From an uncultured archaeon (GTDB lineage: Archaea; CAYQAE01): a DNA stretch of 29,969 nucleotides. Location: NCBI GenBank assembly GCA_964415445.1, contig CAYQAE010000008.1, positions 2,032 through 32,000 of the forward strand. The letters are read 5' to 3'. The notes beneath the pieces were generated by a model. That model was not told the origin of the DNA. It made no database searches and saw nothing but the letters and a program-made list of their open reading frames with translations. The translations under genes and the position numbers were made by a program. The stretch's first letter is position 1. Every line of letters begins with the position of its first letter. Below are positions 18,362-26,444 of the stretch, one piece after another.

Positions 18362-19069
18362 TTATGGCCTTTGCATACCATATGGTGGTAGGGGCATTAA
18401 CATTCTTTTTTTTGGACTACGCATTATCGCAGCTGATATCATAAATAATATACAACCAATAAAGAAGAAAATAGGCGCTATTGTAAAATGCCATATATCT
18501 TTTGCAATTGTATTATTTAATTCCTCTGCAATATCTACTAAAACCTGTATTCCTGAAATAATAGATATAAAACCTAAAATTATCATTATAATTTTTAGTC
18601 CAATATTGTATTTAGCAATAGATATGAAACTTAAAATCATTAATATAACTGCTAATCCTGCCAATGTTCCATTATAATCTGTATCAAACGTTTCATCATA
18701 TTCTTCTAATGTTATCTCTTCATTGAGTCCTACTGCTGGAAGATTAAATCTTAACCAAGGCAAACTTATTGTAATAAGCATAAAAAACGAAAAAACTAAT
18801 GAAAAGAAAGCAGCAACTCTATGTCTATATTTCTTTTTTTTCATTGTTGAGGCTGCTGTTGTGGGATATTTGCTGACAGATGCTCCTTGATATGGCCCAT
18901 ATGTTTTTGGTGGATAATTTTGAGTTCGTGGATCCCATATTATAGGTGTACCACAATTGGGACATACTTTCATAGTTTCATTGATTTCAGCTTTGCAAGT
19001 TGCACATAATCCTTCTCTCATCCAATCACAAAATAAATTTTGGACATATATCATTAAAAAAGTTCTCAA
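18362..19069 (-). CDS. Zinc-ribbon membrane protein
   Basis: N-terminal ribbon CATCKAEINETMKVCPNCGTPI, a Pro/Tyr-rich linker, then about four TM helices. The true start is possibly the ATG at 19021 (MREGLCATC). Confidence 0.7.
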   Translation of the reverse strand: MRTFLMIYVQNLFCDWMREGLCATCKAEINETMKVCPNCGTPIIWDPRTQNYPPKTYGPYQGASVSKYPTTAASTMKKKKYRHRVAAFFSLVFSFFMLITISLPWLRFNLPAVGLNEEITLEEYDETFDTDYNGTLAGLAVILMILSFISIAKYNIGLKIIMIILGFISIISGIQVLVDIAEELNNTIAKDIWHFTIAPIFFFIGCILFMISAAIMRSPKKRMLMPLPPYGMQRP

Positions 19070-19178
19070 ATCTCAGAGATATAAATCAAAAAAACATTAT
19101 ATTGATGTATATTTTTGAATATTATCATATTTATATTATTTTTTATTTTACAATTTTTTAATCTATATCATTGTTTAT

Positions 19179-19279
19179 GCCGAGGTGGCCCAGCCTGGCT
19201 AAGGCGCGAGCCTGGAGACAAAAAGCAAGATAGCTCGTTTCTCTTTGGAGAATCGTGGGTTCAAATCCCACCCTCGGCG
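19179..19279 (+). tRNA. tRNA-Ser(GGA), type II, with a 14-nt intron at the canonical 37/38 position
   Basis: Manual cloverleaf:
- Acceptor GCCGAGG/CCTCGGC with discriminator G.
- D arm GCCC-AGCCTGGCTA-AGGC.
- Anticodon stem CGAGC/GCTCG with loop CTGGAG..A; anticodon at 19214-19216.
- Intron at about 19218-19231.
- Long variable arm TTCTC-TTTG-GAGAA.
- T arm GTGGG-TTCAAAT-CCCAC.
- No encoded CCA; T-rich tract downstream. Confidence 0.9.
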
Positions 19280-19328
19280 TTTAGTATTATTTTATTTGTT
19301 TTTGTAATCAATATATGAAGTTGATAAA

Positions 19329-20870
19329 TTGAAATTAAATATCGATAATTTAGAAAAAGAAGATCTTGAAGCTTTAAAAAAAGGTTTAGCTAGAGAGTTA
19401 AATCTAGGAAAGATACCAAAAAATTCTGAAGTAATTGAGCTATTAAAAGATAATGGTTTAAAATATAAATTTAGATTAAAACCAACTCGTACTATCTCTG
19501 GTGTTTCAGTTATTGCTGTGATGACAAAACCTCAAAAATGTCCCCATGGAAGATGCACATATTGTCCAGGTGATGTAAGCTATGCACCACAAAGCTATAC
19601 GGGGCACGAGCCTGCTGCCATGCGGGGAATTCAACATAATTTTGATCCGTTTGATCAAATAAAATCACGAATAAATCAATTAACTAAAATAGGTCACCCC
19701 ACAGACAAAATAGAGCTTATTATTATGGGTGGAACTTTTCTATCGTATGATAAAAATTATGTATATAATTTTGTAAAGAGGTCTTTTGATGCTCTAAATT
19801 CTTACTCTCAAAATGAACCTTCAAAAAACTTAGATGAAGCAAAAAAAATTAATGAGACAGCTAAAAAACGATGTGTTGCACTTTGCATTGAATCTAGGCC
19901 TGATTATGCTAAAGAAAAACAAGCTGATATGATGCTTAATTTAGGCACAACTAGAGTTGAAATTGGTGTTCAATCCTTAAGTGATTCAATATACAAAAGA
20001 GTTGAGCGTGGCCATAGCATAGATGACGTTGCCGCATCCACACAAATTCTCAAAGACAGTGGCTTTAAAACTTTATATCATATGATGCCAGGTCTGTATC
20101 AAACTCCTGATGAAGATCTCTCTATGTTTAGAAAACTTTATTCAGATTCTAACTTCCGCCCAGACGGACTTAAAATTTATCCTTGTTTAGTATTAAAAGG
20201 GACTAAAGTTTATAAAGAGTGGATAGAAGGTAAATTTAAACCAATAGATTTAGATCAAGCAATAGAATTAATATTAAAGATTAAACAACTTCTTCCAAAA
20301 TATACAAGAACTATGAGGATAAATCGAGATATTCCTACAACTTTAGTTGATGCTGGTGTTTTAAAATCTAACATTGGCCAGATGGTGTATCAAGAGATGG
20401 AAAAAAGAAATTTAAAATGTAGATGCATCAGATGCAGAGAAGTTGGACACCTTGCAAAAAAATACGGTATTTATCCTAAAGATATTGATTTTTGCAAAGA
20501 AGTCTATTCAGCATCTGGGGGTAAAGAGCTATTTTTAAGTTATGAAGATATCTCTCAAGATATTTTAATTGGCTTTTTGAGACTTAGAATTCCTTCACCA
20601 AACGTACATAGAAAGGAAATAGATGAAAATACTGCAATAGTGAGACAACTTAATGTTTTTTCTCCCTCTGCTCCAATAGGTAAAAAAATAGATTCATCCT
20701 ATCAGCATAGAGGATATGGAAAAAAACTTCTGAATAAAGCAGAAGTTATTTCAAAAGAAGAATATGATATAAAAAAGCTATTGGTAATTAGTGGTGTAGG
20801 TGCAAGAGAATATTATAGAAAACATGGATATACTTTCGATGGAACTTATATGAAAAAAGATTTAGCTTAA
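19329..20870 (+). CDS. elp3: Elp3-family tRNA-modifying radical SAM / GNAT enzyme
   Basis: 513 aa. Radical-SAM cluster CPHGRCTYC (C-x4-C-x2-C), conserved GHEPAAMRG, and C-terminal GNAT motif QHRGYGKKLL. Apparent TTG start with no obvious SD. Confidence 0.92.
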   Translation: MKLNIDNLEKEDLEALKKGLARELNLGKIPKNSEVIELLKDNGLKYKFRLKPTRTISGVSVIAVMTKPQKCPHGRCTYCPGDVSYAPQSYTGHEPAAMRGIQHNFDPFDQIKSRINQLTKIGHPTDKIELIIMGGTFLSYDKNYVYNFVKRSFDALNSYSQNEPSKNLDEAKKINETAKKRCVALCIESRPDYAKEKQADMMLNLGTTRVEIGVQSLSDSIYKRVERGHSIDDVAASTQILKDSGFKTLYHMMPGLYQTPDEDLSMFRKLYSDSNFRPDGLKIYPCLVLKGTKVYKEWIEGKFKPIDLDQAIELILKIKQLLPKYTRTMRINRDIPTTLVDAGVLKSNIGQMVYQEMEKRNLKCRCIRCREVGHLAKKYGIYPKDIDFCKEVYSASGGKELFLSYEDISQDILIGFLRLRIPSPNVHRKEIDENTAIVRQLNVFSPSAPIGKKIDSSYQHRGYGKKLLNKAEVISKEEYDIKKLLVISGVGAREYYRKHGYTFDGTYMKKDLA

Positions 20871-21172
20871 TTTTGGATCTTTAAAAATAAAAATAAGATG
20901 ATATATTTTATTAATTCAAAATATATTACACTAAAGGGTGTGATTAAAAAGATTTATAAACCATAAATAATTATATAAAAATGTATTAATAAGTAAGATA
21001 TGTAAAATTTTCAAAAAACGGTGTAGTATAGGCAATGGATTTAGAAAGTAGTTATTTGTTGTTGACTTTATATAAAAATCGATTCTATTTTGATACAGAT
21101 TATATAAATGAATTGTGTTTAGTAAAGGAGTTCTATAGTGTATATACCGCGTGATAGGAAATTGACAAAATA

Positions 21173-21177
21173 GGAGG
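21173..21177 (+). promoter_or_regulatory. Shine-Dalgarno element (GGAGG) of the csp gene
   Basis: GGAGG lies 7 nt upstream of the ATG at 21185. It is complementary to the conserved 16S rRNA 3' end. Confidence 0.7.
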
Positions 21178-21184
21178 AAATAAG

Positions 21185-21388
21185 ATGGTTTCTGGAAAAG
21201 TTAAGTGGTTTAATCCTAAAAGGGGATATGGCTTTATCCAGCAAGAAAATGGCGAAGATGTTTTCGTCCATTATTCAGCTATCAGTATGGAAGGATTTGC
21301 AACCTTAAATCCTGACGAAGAAGTTGAATTTGAAATTGTTGATGGAGATAAAGGACCACAAGCAGCAAATGTAGTAAAAAAGGAATAA
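21185..21388 (+). CDS. csp: Cold-shock protein (CspA family, S1-like OB fold)
   Basis: 67 aa. [16 protein letters not shown] carries RNP1 and DVFVHYSAI carries RNP2. Length is typical of the CSD family. Confidence 0.93.
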   Translation: MVSGKVKWFNPKRGYGFIQQENGEDVFVHYSAISMEGFATLNPDEEVEFEIVDGDKGPQAANVVKKE

Positions 21389-21427
21389 AGTTTGATTGAG
21401 TATTTAGAATATTGAATATATTTTGTT

Positions 21428-21470
21428 TTTCTCAAAATTAAACATTTTGAGAAACTATTTTTTATTTTTT
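21428..21470 (+). terminator. Hairpin plus oligo-T terminator downstream of csp
   Basis: Perfect 11-nt inverted repeat TTTCTCAAAAT (21428-21438) / ATTTTGAGAAA (21444-21454) with loop TAAAC. It is followed by CTATTTTTTATTTTTT. It sits between convergent genes. Confidence 0.55.
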
Positions 21471-22328
21471 AGTAGTTTTAATGTCAGCTCCACATTTGTG
21501 GCATTTAATTGATCTAGGTAATAAAACAGCGTTACAGTTTAGACATTTTGCTACAGTTCTTTTTCCACAAAAAGGGCAAAATGAAGCTACAACAGGGAAA
21601 GTTTTTCCACAATTACTACAAGTTTTTGTCCCTCTTGCTTTGAATGGAGATATTACTTTAAGTTCTCTTCTGGGTCCAACTTTCATAACAGGTATTTTCT
21701 TAAATTCAGATTTGGATTTGACAATAACCTCTTCTTTTTTGGTTTCCCTATTTTCTGTCGGTGTTTGGAATTTTGGTTTTGTGAAATTTTTGATATTTAT
21801 CTTTCTAAATCCTTTTTGGGGTTGTTTGCGGGGGGATAATTTTATTATTTTAGTTTCACCGTCTTTTGTCTCAGTATTAGTTTGTTTAGGTATTTTTGGA
21901 CTAATTTTTGGAGCATAAGTTTTTGATTTAGGTGATAATTTCATTAATGCTCTTGATTTTTCTCTCTCTCTTTTTTTTGATAAAATCATTCTATTTTTTT
22001 GAATCTCTTTTTGAGTTAGTTGACTTTGTGCTCGAGTTTTTGGTTTTATTCTCATAATCTGTGATTTAATTTTATCTCTTGAGACAGGACTTTTTCTAAT
22101 ACCCCAACTTTTTTGAGTAGGTTTGGGTTTTCTTTGAATTTTGATCTGCTTTTTTGATTTAACTTCTATGTCTTGAAGTTCAGAAGGAATAGTTAAGGCT
22201 TCTTTTTTTTCTTTAATAGATTTTTTGAAGCTTATTTTTCCCTTTAAAAATAAAATTAAGAAAAAGATGACCGCTACTGAGGCTATGATCAAAATTAATA
22301 AAACGAAAGTATTTATCATATTAACCAT
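21462..22328 (-). CDS. N-terminally membrane-anchored, lysine-rich protein with C-terminal double zinc ribbon
   Basis: TM helix FVLLILIIASVAVIFFLILFL, then about 200 aa of K/R/P/S/T/Q-rich low complexity. C-terminal ribbons: CSNCGKTFPVVASFCPFCG...CLNCNAVLLPRSIKCHKCG. Confidence 0.7.
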   Translation of the reverse strand: MVNMINTFVLLILIIASVAVIFFLILFLKGKISFKKSIKEKKEALTIPSELQDIEVKSKKQIKIQRKPKPTQKSWGIRKSPVSRDKIKSQIMRIKPKTRAQSQLTQKEIQKNRMILSKKREREKSRALMKLSPKSKTYAPKISPKIPKQTNTETKDGETKIIKLSPRKQPQKGFRKINIKNFTKPKFQTPTENRETKKEEVIVKSKSEFKKIPVMKVGPRRELKVISPFKARGTKTCSNCGKTFPVVASFCPFCGKRTVAKCLNCNAVLLPRSIKCHKCGADIKTTKK

Positions 22329-22456
22329 TTGGATGTTAGGTAATTAATATTTTAAAATATCGATGTTTTAAATATATTAAGTTACTTTGATAATAAATTT
22401 AAAATATATTTTAATGATAATTATTTGGGATGTCTTTATAATTTGGAGATGAAATA

Positions 22457-23203
22457 ATGTCTTGGGAAATCACAGGTAAATGTCCGGAGTGTGGAACAGA
22501 TCTTCTTGATGGGGCTAAATTCTGTATGAGATGTGGATATACTGTAGAAGAAGAAAGTGATGAAAAAAAAGAAGAAAAAGTTGATAAAAAAGAATCTCAA
22601 ATAGAAGAATTAGGATTAAGTCAGGAAAAAAAGGATGAGAAAAATAAAGAAGAAGTAGATGTGGATGAATTAGATATATCTTTTGAGGATCTTGAACCTG
22701 AAGCGTCTAAAGAACCAAAAGAAAAACCTAAAAAGGAAACTAAAGAAGAAACAAAAAAGAAAGAAAAGACAAAGGAAGAGAAGCCTGAATTATCGAAACC
22801 GAAAGATATTCCTAAAGAACCTCCTAAGAAGGAAGATATCAAAGCTTCTAAAGTGCAAGAAAATATATCATTGGAAGATAGAAAGAAAGAAGATGCAAAA
22901 AAGTGTTTAAGCTGTGGACATCCAGTTCCACCAGGATCCAAATTTTGTATAAATTGTGGAATTCGTATTACTAAACCTAAATGTCCTAAATGTAATTTAA
23001 AAAATGAATTCGATGCCAAATTTTGTTCCGAATGTGGTACGCCTTTGTTAACTAAATGTCCTTCATGTGATTCTGAATTAACTGATGATTCAAAATTTTG
23101 TATTCATTGCGGTATGAATTTACATCCCACTTGTCCTAATTGTAAAGCAAATTTGCCAGCAGGCGCAGAATATTGTGCAAAGTGTGGGAAAAAAATAGAA
23201 TAA
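22457..23203 (+). CDS. Multi-zinc-ribbon protein with K/E/P-rich linker
   Basis: Five CxxC-x(9-12)-CxxC ribbons: CPECG..FCMRCG, CLSCG..FCINCG, CPKCN..FCSECG, CPSCD..FCIHCG, CPNCK..YCAKCG. The first is separated from the other four by a KEKE-type low-complexity stretch. A GGAG SD lies upstream. Confidence 0.75.
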   Translation: MSWEITGKCPECGTDLLDGAKFCMRCGYTVEEESDEKKEEKVDKKESQIEELGLSQEKKDEKNKEEVDVDELDISFEDLEPEASKEPKEKPKKETKEETKKKEKTKEEKPELSKPKDIPKEPPKKEDIKASKVQENISLEDRKKEDAKKCLSCGHPVPPGSKFCINCGIRITKPKCPKCNLKNEFDAKFCSECGTPLLTKCPSCDSELTDDSKFCIHCGMNLHPTCPNCKANLPAGAEYCAKCGKKIE

Positions 23204-23208
23204 ATATA

Positions 23209-23302
23209 TGGGCCTGGAGGGATTTGAACCCCCGACCTATTGGTCACTTCCACTTTTTCATGTCCGAAGCCAATCGCGCCATCCAAGCTACGCCACAGAC
23301 CC
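23209..23302 (-). tRNA. tRNA-Arg(TCG) with a 19-nt canonical-position intron
   Basis: Manual cloverleaf on the minus strand:
- Acceptor GGGTCTG/CAGGCCC (one G-U pair).
- D stem GCGT/GCGC.
- Anticodon stem ATTGG/CCAAT with loop CTTCGG..A; anticodon at 23265-23267.
- Intron at 23245-23263.
- T arm GGGGG-TTCAAAT-CCCTC.
- Textbook BHB: central helix CTTC/GAAG flanked by 3-nt bulges GGA and TGA. Confidence 0.9.
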
Positions 23303-23307
23303 AAAAA

Positions 23308-24468
23308 CTAATTTTTTGAGAATATTTCAATCGCTGCTTTAGTTCCTTCTCCTATATTAAAATTATGGCCTGCTTTATGTAAAACTAATTCTAAAGAAGC
23401 AATTGCAGCCAATATATCTCGCTCTGAGGTAATTCCCATATGGGCTATCCTAAAAATTTTTCCTGCTAAATTTGCTTGACCTCCAGCTAAGGTTATACCA
23501 TATTCATTTTTCATAGGTCCTCTTATATCTTTATCTTCTATTGATTTTGGTATTTTTACTGAAGTTACTGTCTCAGACATTGTAATTTTGTCTTTTACAA
23601 AAAATTCTAAATTCATAGCTTCAATTGCAGCCCGCACTGCTTCTGCCATAATTTTATGTCTATTTATTCTTTTGTCTATTCCTTCCTCTATTATCATTTT
23701 CAATGCTTCAACTAAAGCATATATCATAGATATAGGATGAGTAAAAGGCATATTTCCTTCTGATTTTTTCAATGCATCTTTATATCTTTTGAGATCTAAA
23801 TAATATGCTTTTCTATCATTTTTCTCAATTACATTCCATGCTTTATCTGATATCGACACAAAAGCAAGACCAGGCGGAAGAGATAATGCTTTTTGTGAGC
23901 CTGATACGCATAGATCAATATTGTAATTATCTACTTCTATGTTGTCTCCTGATAGAGAAGATACACAATCAACTACAAATAATGCTTTTTTATCTTTTAG
24001 AAAATTACCTATCTCTCCTATAGGTGTTTTTACACCAGTACTTGTTTCATTATGAACTAGGGCAATTGCATCTATATCGTCAGTAAATTTTTCTTTTATA
24101 TCCTCTAATATTACACTCTCTCCATATTCTTTTTTTATTTCAATTACATCTGCACCATAGGAGAGTGCAATATCTCTAAATCTCTCTGAAAATTTTCCAA
24201 AAGTGGGTATGATCATTTTAGATCCTTTGTATGAAATGTTGCCTAATGCTGCATCCATACCAGATGTAGAGCTACCTGCTAAAATTATAACATCATTTTT
24301 TGTTTTAAATATCTCTTTGAGCATATTTCTTGCTTTTGCAACTATTTCTTCAAAATCTTTTTCTCTATGGGCCATTATCGGTTTGGATAATTCTCTTAAT
24401 ACTCTAGGATGTACTGAAACCGGCCCAGGAATCATTAAAATATTTCTTTCTAAATCCAACTTTTTCAC
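23308..24468 (-). CDS. Class V PLP aminotransferase (serine-pyruvate / alanine-glyoxylate aminotransferase-like)
   Basis: 386 aa. N-terminus LMIPGPVSVHPRV; PLP-lysine motif SGSQKALSLPPGLAFVS; HNETSTGV motif. Confidence 0.88.
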   Translation of the reverse strand: MKKLDLERNILMIPGPVSVHPRVLRELSKPIMAHREKDFEEIVAKARNMLKEIFKTKNDVIILAGSSTSGMDAALGNISYKGSKMIIPTFGKFSERFRDIALSYGADVIEIKKEYGESVILEDIKEKFTDDIDAIALVHNETSTGVKTPIGEIGNFLKDKKALFVVDCVSSLSGDNIEVDNYNIDLCVSGSQKALSLPPGLAFVSISDKAWNVIEKNDRKAYYLDLKRYKDALKKSEGNMPFTHPISMIYALVEALKMIIEEGIDKRINRHKIMAEAVRAAIEAMNLEFFVKDKITMSETVTSVKIPKSIEDKDIRGPMKNEYGITLAGGQANLAGKIFRIAHMGITSERDILAAIASLELVLHKAGHNFNIGEGTKAAIEIFSKN

Positions 24469-24577
24469 CGACCTCTAAAATCTTCTTTGTTGTATTTTTA
24501 GATTAAAACATTTAATATATAAATTTACAGATTTGATAAATTATATCCACTTTATTCGACTTATTTTTTAAAATATA

Positions 24578-24677
24578 CGCCGAGGGGGAGATTTGAACTC
24601 CCGCGGTGTTTCCACCAGTAGATCTCGAGTCTACCGCGTACTAATGTATGTTCTTAGCCGGACTAGACTACCTCGGC
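24578..24677 (-). tRNA. tRNA-Ser(CGA), type II, with a ~15-nt non-canonical intron in the D arm
   Basis: Minus-strand cloverleaf:
- Acceptor GCCGAGG/CCTCGGC with discriminator G.
- Anticodon arm GTAGA-CTCGAGA-TCTAC; anticodon at 24625-24627.
- Variable arm GGTG-GAAA-CACC.
- T arm GGGAG-TTCAAAT-CTCCC.
- The D arm closes only if AACATACATTAGTAC (24638-24652) is removed, giving GTCT-AGTCCGGCTA-AGGC. Confidence 0.85.
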
Positions 24678-24777
24678 AGAAATGAAAAATTTTGGTTTAT
24701 ATTAGGAGTTTACAATTTAAGAAAGGTTATAAATAAATTTTCTATACATTTGCAATTATAACTTAGCTGGCGGTAAT

Positions 24778-25332
24778 ATGCGTTTAGTAGATATCCTTAC
24801 CAAGAAAAAAAATCGAGAAGAGAAATTTTGTCAAAGATGTTCTAAAAAAACAAAGTTAGAATTTATGCACAAAAGACCTTATTCTAAAATAAAAGTTTTT
24901 TATTGTCCTGAATGTAGATGTAAATTTGAATTTGGAGATCAAAAAAGAATTACTGAAGATATAATTGTTAATCCCAAAGGAACCGCTTTATTTTTTGTAG
25001 ATGGAGGCGATGATTCATATCACTTTTTCGATCAAGTATCTGTTTTTTGCAAAAAGTGGAAATATATTTTAATATGTATAAATACATCAGGTGAGAGTAA
25101 AATAAAAGATGATTTTTGTGCATATTGGATAAAATTTATTGATTTAGATCAAAATGAATTATTAGATAGAATTACAAAAATTATAACAGATTATAAAGTG
25201 AATATTTTATTCTTACCTCGTCGCCGATCTGTTCGGGAAAAAAATTCAATTTATAAAAAAGAGATATTAAGATCGCTATATTTTAGTAAATTATATGATA
25301 CTTTAAGATTAGATATAGTTTATAATGTGTGA
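24778..25332 (+). CDS. Hypothetical protein with N-terminal zinc ribbon and possible USP-like C-terminal domain
   Basis: Ribbon CQRCSKK...YCPECRCKF. The downstream segment ALFFVDGGDDSYHFFDQV...ILICIN...VNILFLPRR loosely resembles an adenine-nucleotide alpha-hydrolase/USP fold; this is a weak call by eye. A TATA-like GGTTATAAATAAA lies about 45 nt upstream. Confidence 0.5.
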   Translation: MRLVDILTKKKNREEKFCQRCSKKTKLEFMHKRPYSKIKVFYCPECRCKFEFGDQKRITEDIIVNPKGTALFFVDGGDDSYHFFDQVSVFCKKWKYILICINTSGESKIKDDFCAYWIKFIDLDQNELLDRITKIITDYKVNILFLPRRRSVREKNSIYKKEILRSLYFSKLYDTLRLDIVYNV

Positions 25333-25336
25333 TTAG

Positions 25337-25759
25337 ATGAATAAATTAGTTTGTCTGGCGTTAGGTTCAAAATATGACAAAATTGCAATTAAGAGGGCCA
25401 TAAAATTAGCTCCATTTTATGAGAGGAGGTTTTTAGTTTTATATTTTTTAAAATCAAAAAAGAATGGTTTAATTAATTTTTTTAATAATAAATCAGATAA
25501 AAAACAGATCAAACAAATTAAACATTATAAAGAATTATGTGAAGAGACTGATCAATGCGAAAATATTTATGCTAAGACAGATATATTTAAAGGATCAATT
25601 AAAGATCTTATTAATTATTTAGAGGATTCAGATACAAAACTTGTTATAATATGTGACAAAAGCATAGAAGATGAAACCGACAGTTATAAATATAACGAAG
25701 ATGCTTATAATATAGCAAAAAATGTATATTGTCCTGTAATATGTGTCAGAAGTGAGTAA
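25337..25759 (+). CDS. Universal-stress-protein-like (divergent) protein
   Basis: 140 aa. KLVCLALGSKYDKIAIKRAIKLA...FLVLYF, later TKLVIICDKS and a C-terminal NIAKNVYCPVICVR. These resemble the USP pattern (ILVAVDGS...; ...CPVLVV), but no clear G-x2-G-x9-G[ST] ATP motif is present. A GTGAT SD lies 3 nt before the ATG. Confidence 0.5.
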   Translation: MNKLVCLALGSKYDKIAIKRAIKLAPFYERRFLVLYFLKSKKNGLINFFNNKSDKKQIKQIKHYKELCEETDQCENIYAKTDIFKGSIKDLINYLEDSDTKLVIICDKSIEDETDSYKYNEDAYNIAKNVYCPVICVRSE

Positions 25760-25760
25760 T

Positions 25761-26435
25761 ATGAATGAAAGAAGAGAAATGTGGCAGAGGCGTTTAGGAG
25801 ATTGGCTTGATCATGTAAAAAAACGTGAGATTCTACAAACTTTAGAAGAATATACTCATTATATTGTAGAGATGACAGATTTATTTGTAGAAGCTATGGA
25901 TTCTCTTATTAAAGATAAAAATATCACAATACAAGTTGATCTTATATCAGAAAGAGAAGAAGAAGCAGATATTGATGCAAAAAAATTAATGAATGAGATA
26001 ATTCCTGCAGATCTAGATCCTAGTGAGCGAGGAGAAATATTAGGATTAATTTATAATTTGGAACAGATTGCAGATGAAATAAAGAGATTAGGTCACCTTT
26101 TGGAATTGCCTGCAAAACCATCCAAAAAAATGGAAAAAGAGCTTAGAAACATTGCTAAAGCTTCAGAGTCATGCCTTAGGGCCACATGTGAGAGTGTAAT
26201 CGAGCTAAACAATGATTATCAAAAGGCAATAGCTTGGGCTGAAGAAGCGGCTAGATTACAAGGTGAAATAGATGCTCTCTCTCGAATAGCATATAGAGAA
26301 TTATTTTCAGAAGCACAATGTATTGATCCTTCGTTTTTGATAACTCGAGATTTAATCAACAAACTTGAATTTATTGGAGATTTATGTGAAAAAACTGCAG
26401 ACAATGTTAGAATAATTTCACTAACTCATAGCTGA
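25761..26435 (+). CDS. DUF47 / PhoU-like (TIGR00153-type) putative transport regulator
   Basis: Two helical repeats with the family pattern: EREEEADIDAKKLMNEI...PSERGEILGLIYNLEQIADEI, and LSRIAYRELF...LINKLEFIGDLCEKTADNV. I prefer the ATG at 25761; the ORF track starts at GTG 25743, inside the upstream gene. Confidence 0.72.
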   Translation: MNERREMWQRRLGDWLDHVKKREILQTLEEYTHYIVEMTDLFVEAMDSLIKDKNITIQVDLISEREEEADIDAKKLMNEIIPADLDPSERGEILGLIYNLEQIADEIKRLGHLLELPAKPSKKMEKELRNIAKASESCLRATCESVIELNNDYQKAIAWAEEAARLQGEIDALSRIAYRELFSEAQCIDPSFLITRDLINKLEFIGDLCEKTADNVRIISLTHS

Positions 26436-26444
26436 GGTAATTTG

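Noticed and set aside
19115-19318. 67-aa ORF in the supplied track (MNIIIFILFF...)
   Set aside because: It spans the tRNA-Ser(GGA) gene at 19179-19279. The GC-rich tRNA sequence merely keeps a frame open, so it is not a credible CDS.
21035-21154. 39-codon ORF (MDLESSYLLLTLYKNRF...) in the long region upstream of csp
   Set aside because: It has no SD and overlaps the putative TATA elements. Its composition is typical of a random AT-rich frame. It would only matter if conserved in relatives.
20871-21184. Search for a C/D-box sRNA or other structured ncRNA in the longest intergenic region
   Set aside because: No convincing RUGAUGA / CUGA box pair or GC-supported helices were seen by eye. The region is best explained as a promoter plus leader for csp.
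21481-21918. 145-aa plus-strand ORF antisense to the lysine-rich Zn-ribbon gene. Similar cases are 22621-23019 (-) and 22683-22910 (+), inside the K/E-rich linker of the 22457 gene.
   Set aside because: Low-complexity A/G-rich repeats keep several frames open. The Zn-ribbon motifs identify the real frames, and the alternatives give implausible F/L/S- or K/R-only peptides.
23104-23304. 66-aa minus-strand ORF in the supplied track
   Set aside because: It overlaps tRNA-Arg(TCG) at 23209-23302 and the 3' end of the multi-zinc-ribbon CDS. It is a shadow ORF.
23209-24677. Possibility that the tRNA-Arg and tRNA-Ser(CGA) genes mark an integrated mobile element or genomic island
   Set aside because: No integrase or transposase is present. 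No partial tRNA 3'-end direct repeat (att-like copy of TTCAAAT-containing sequence) was found nearby. Only a housekeeping-type aminotransferase lies between the two tRNA genes.
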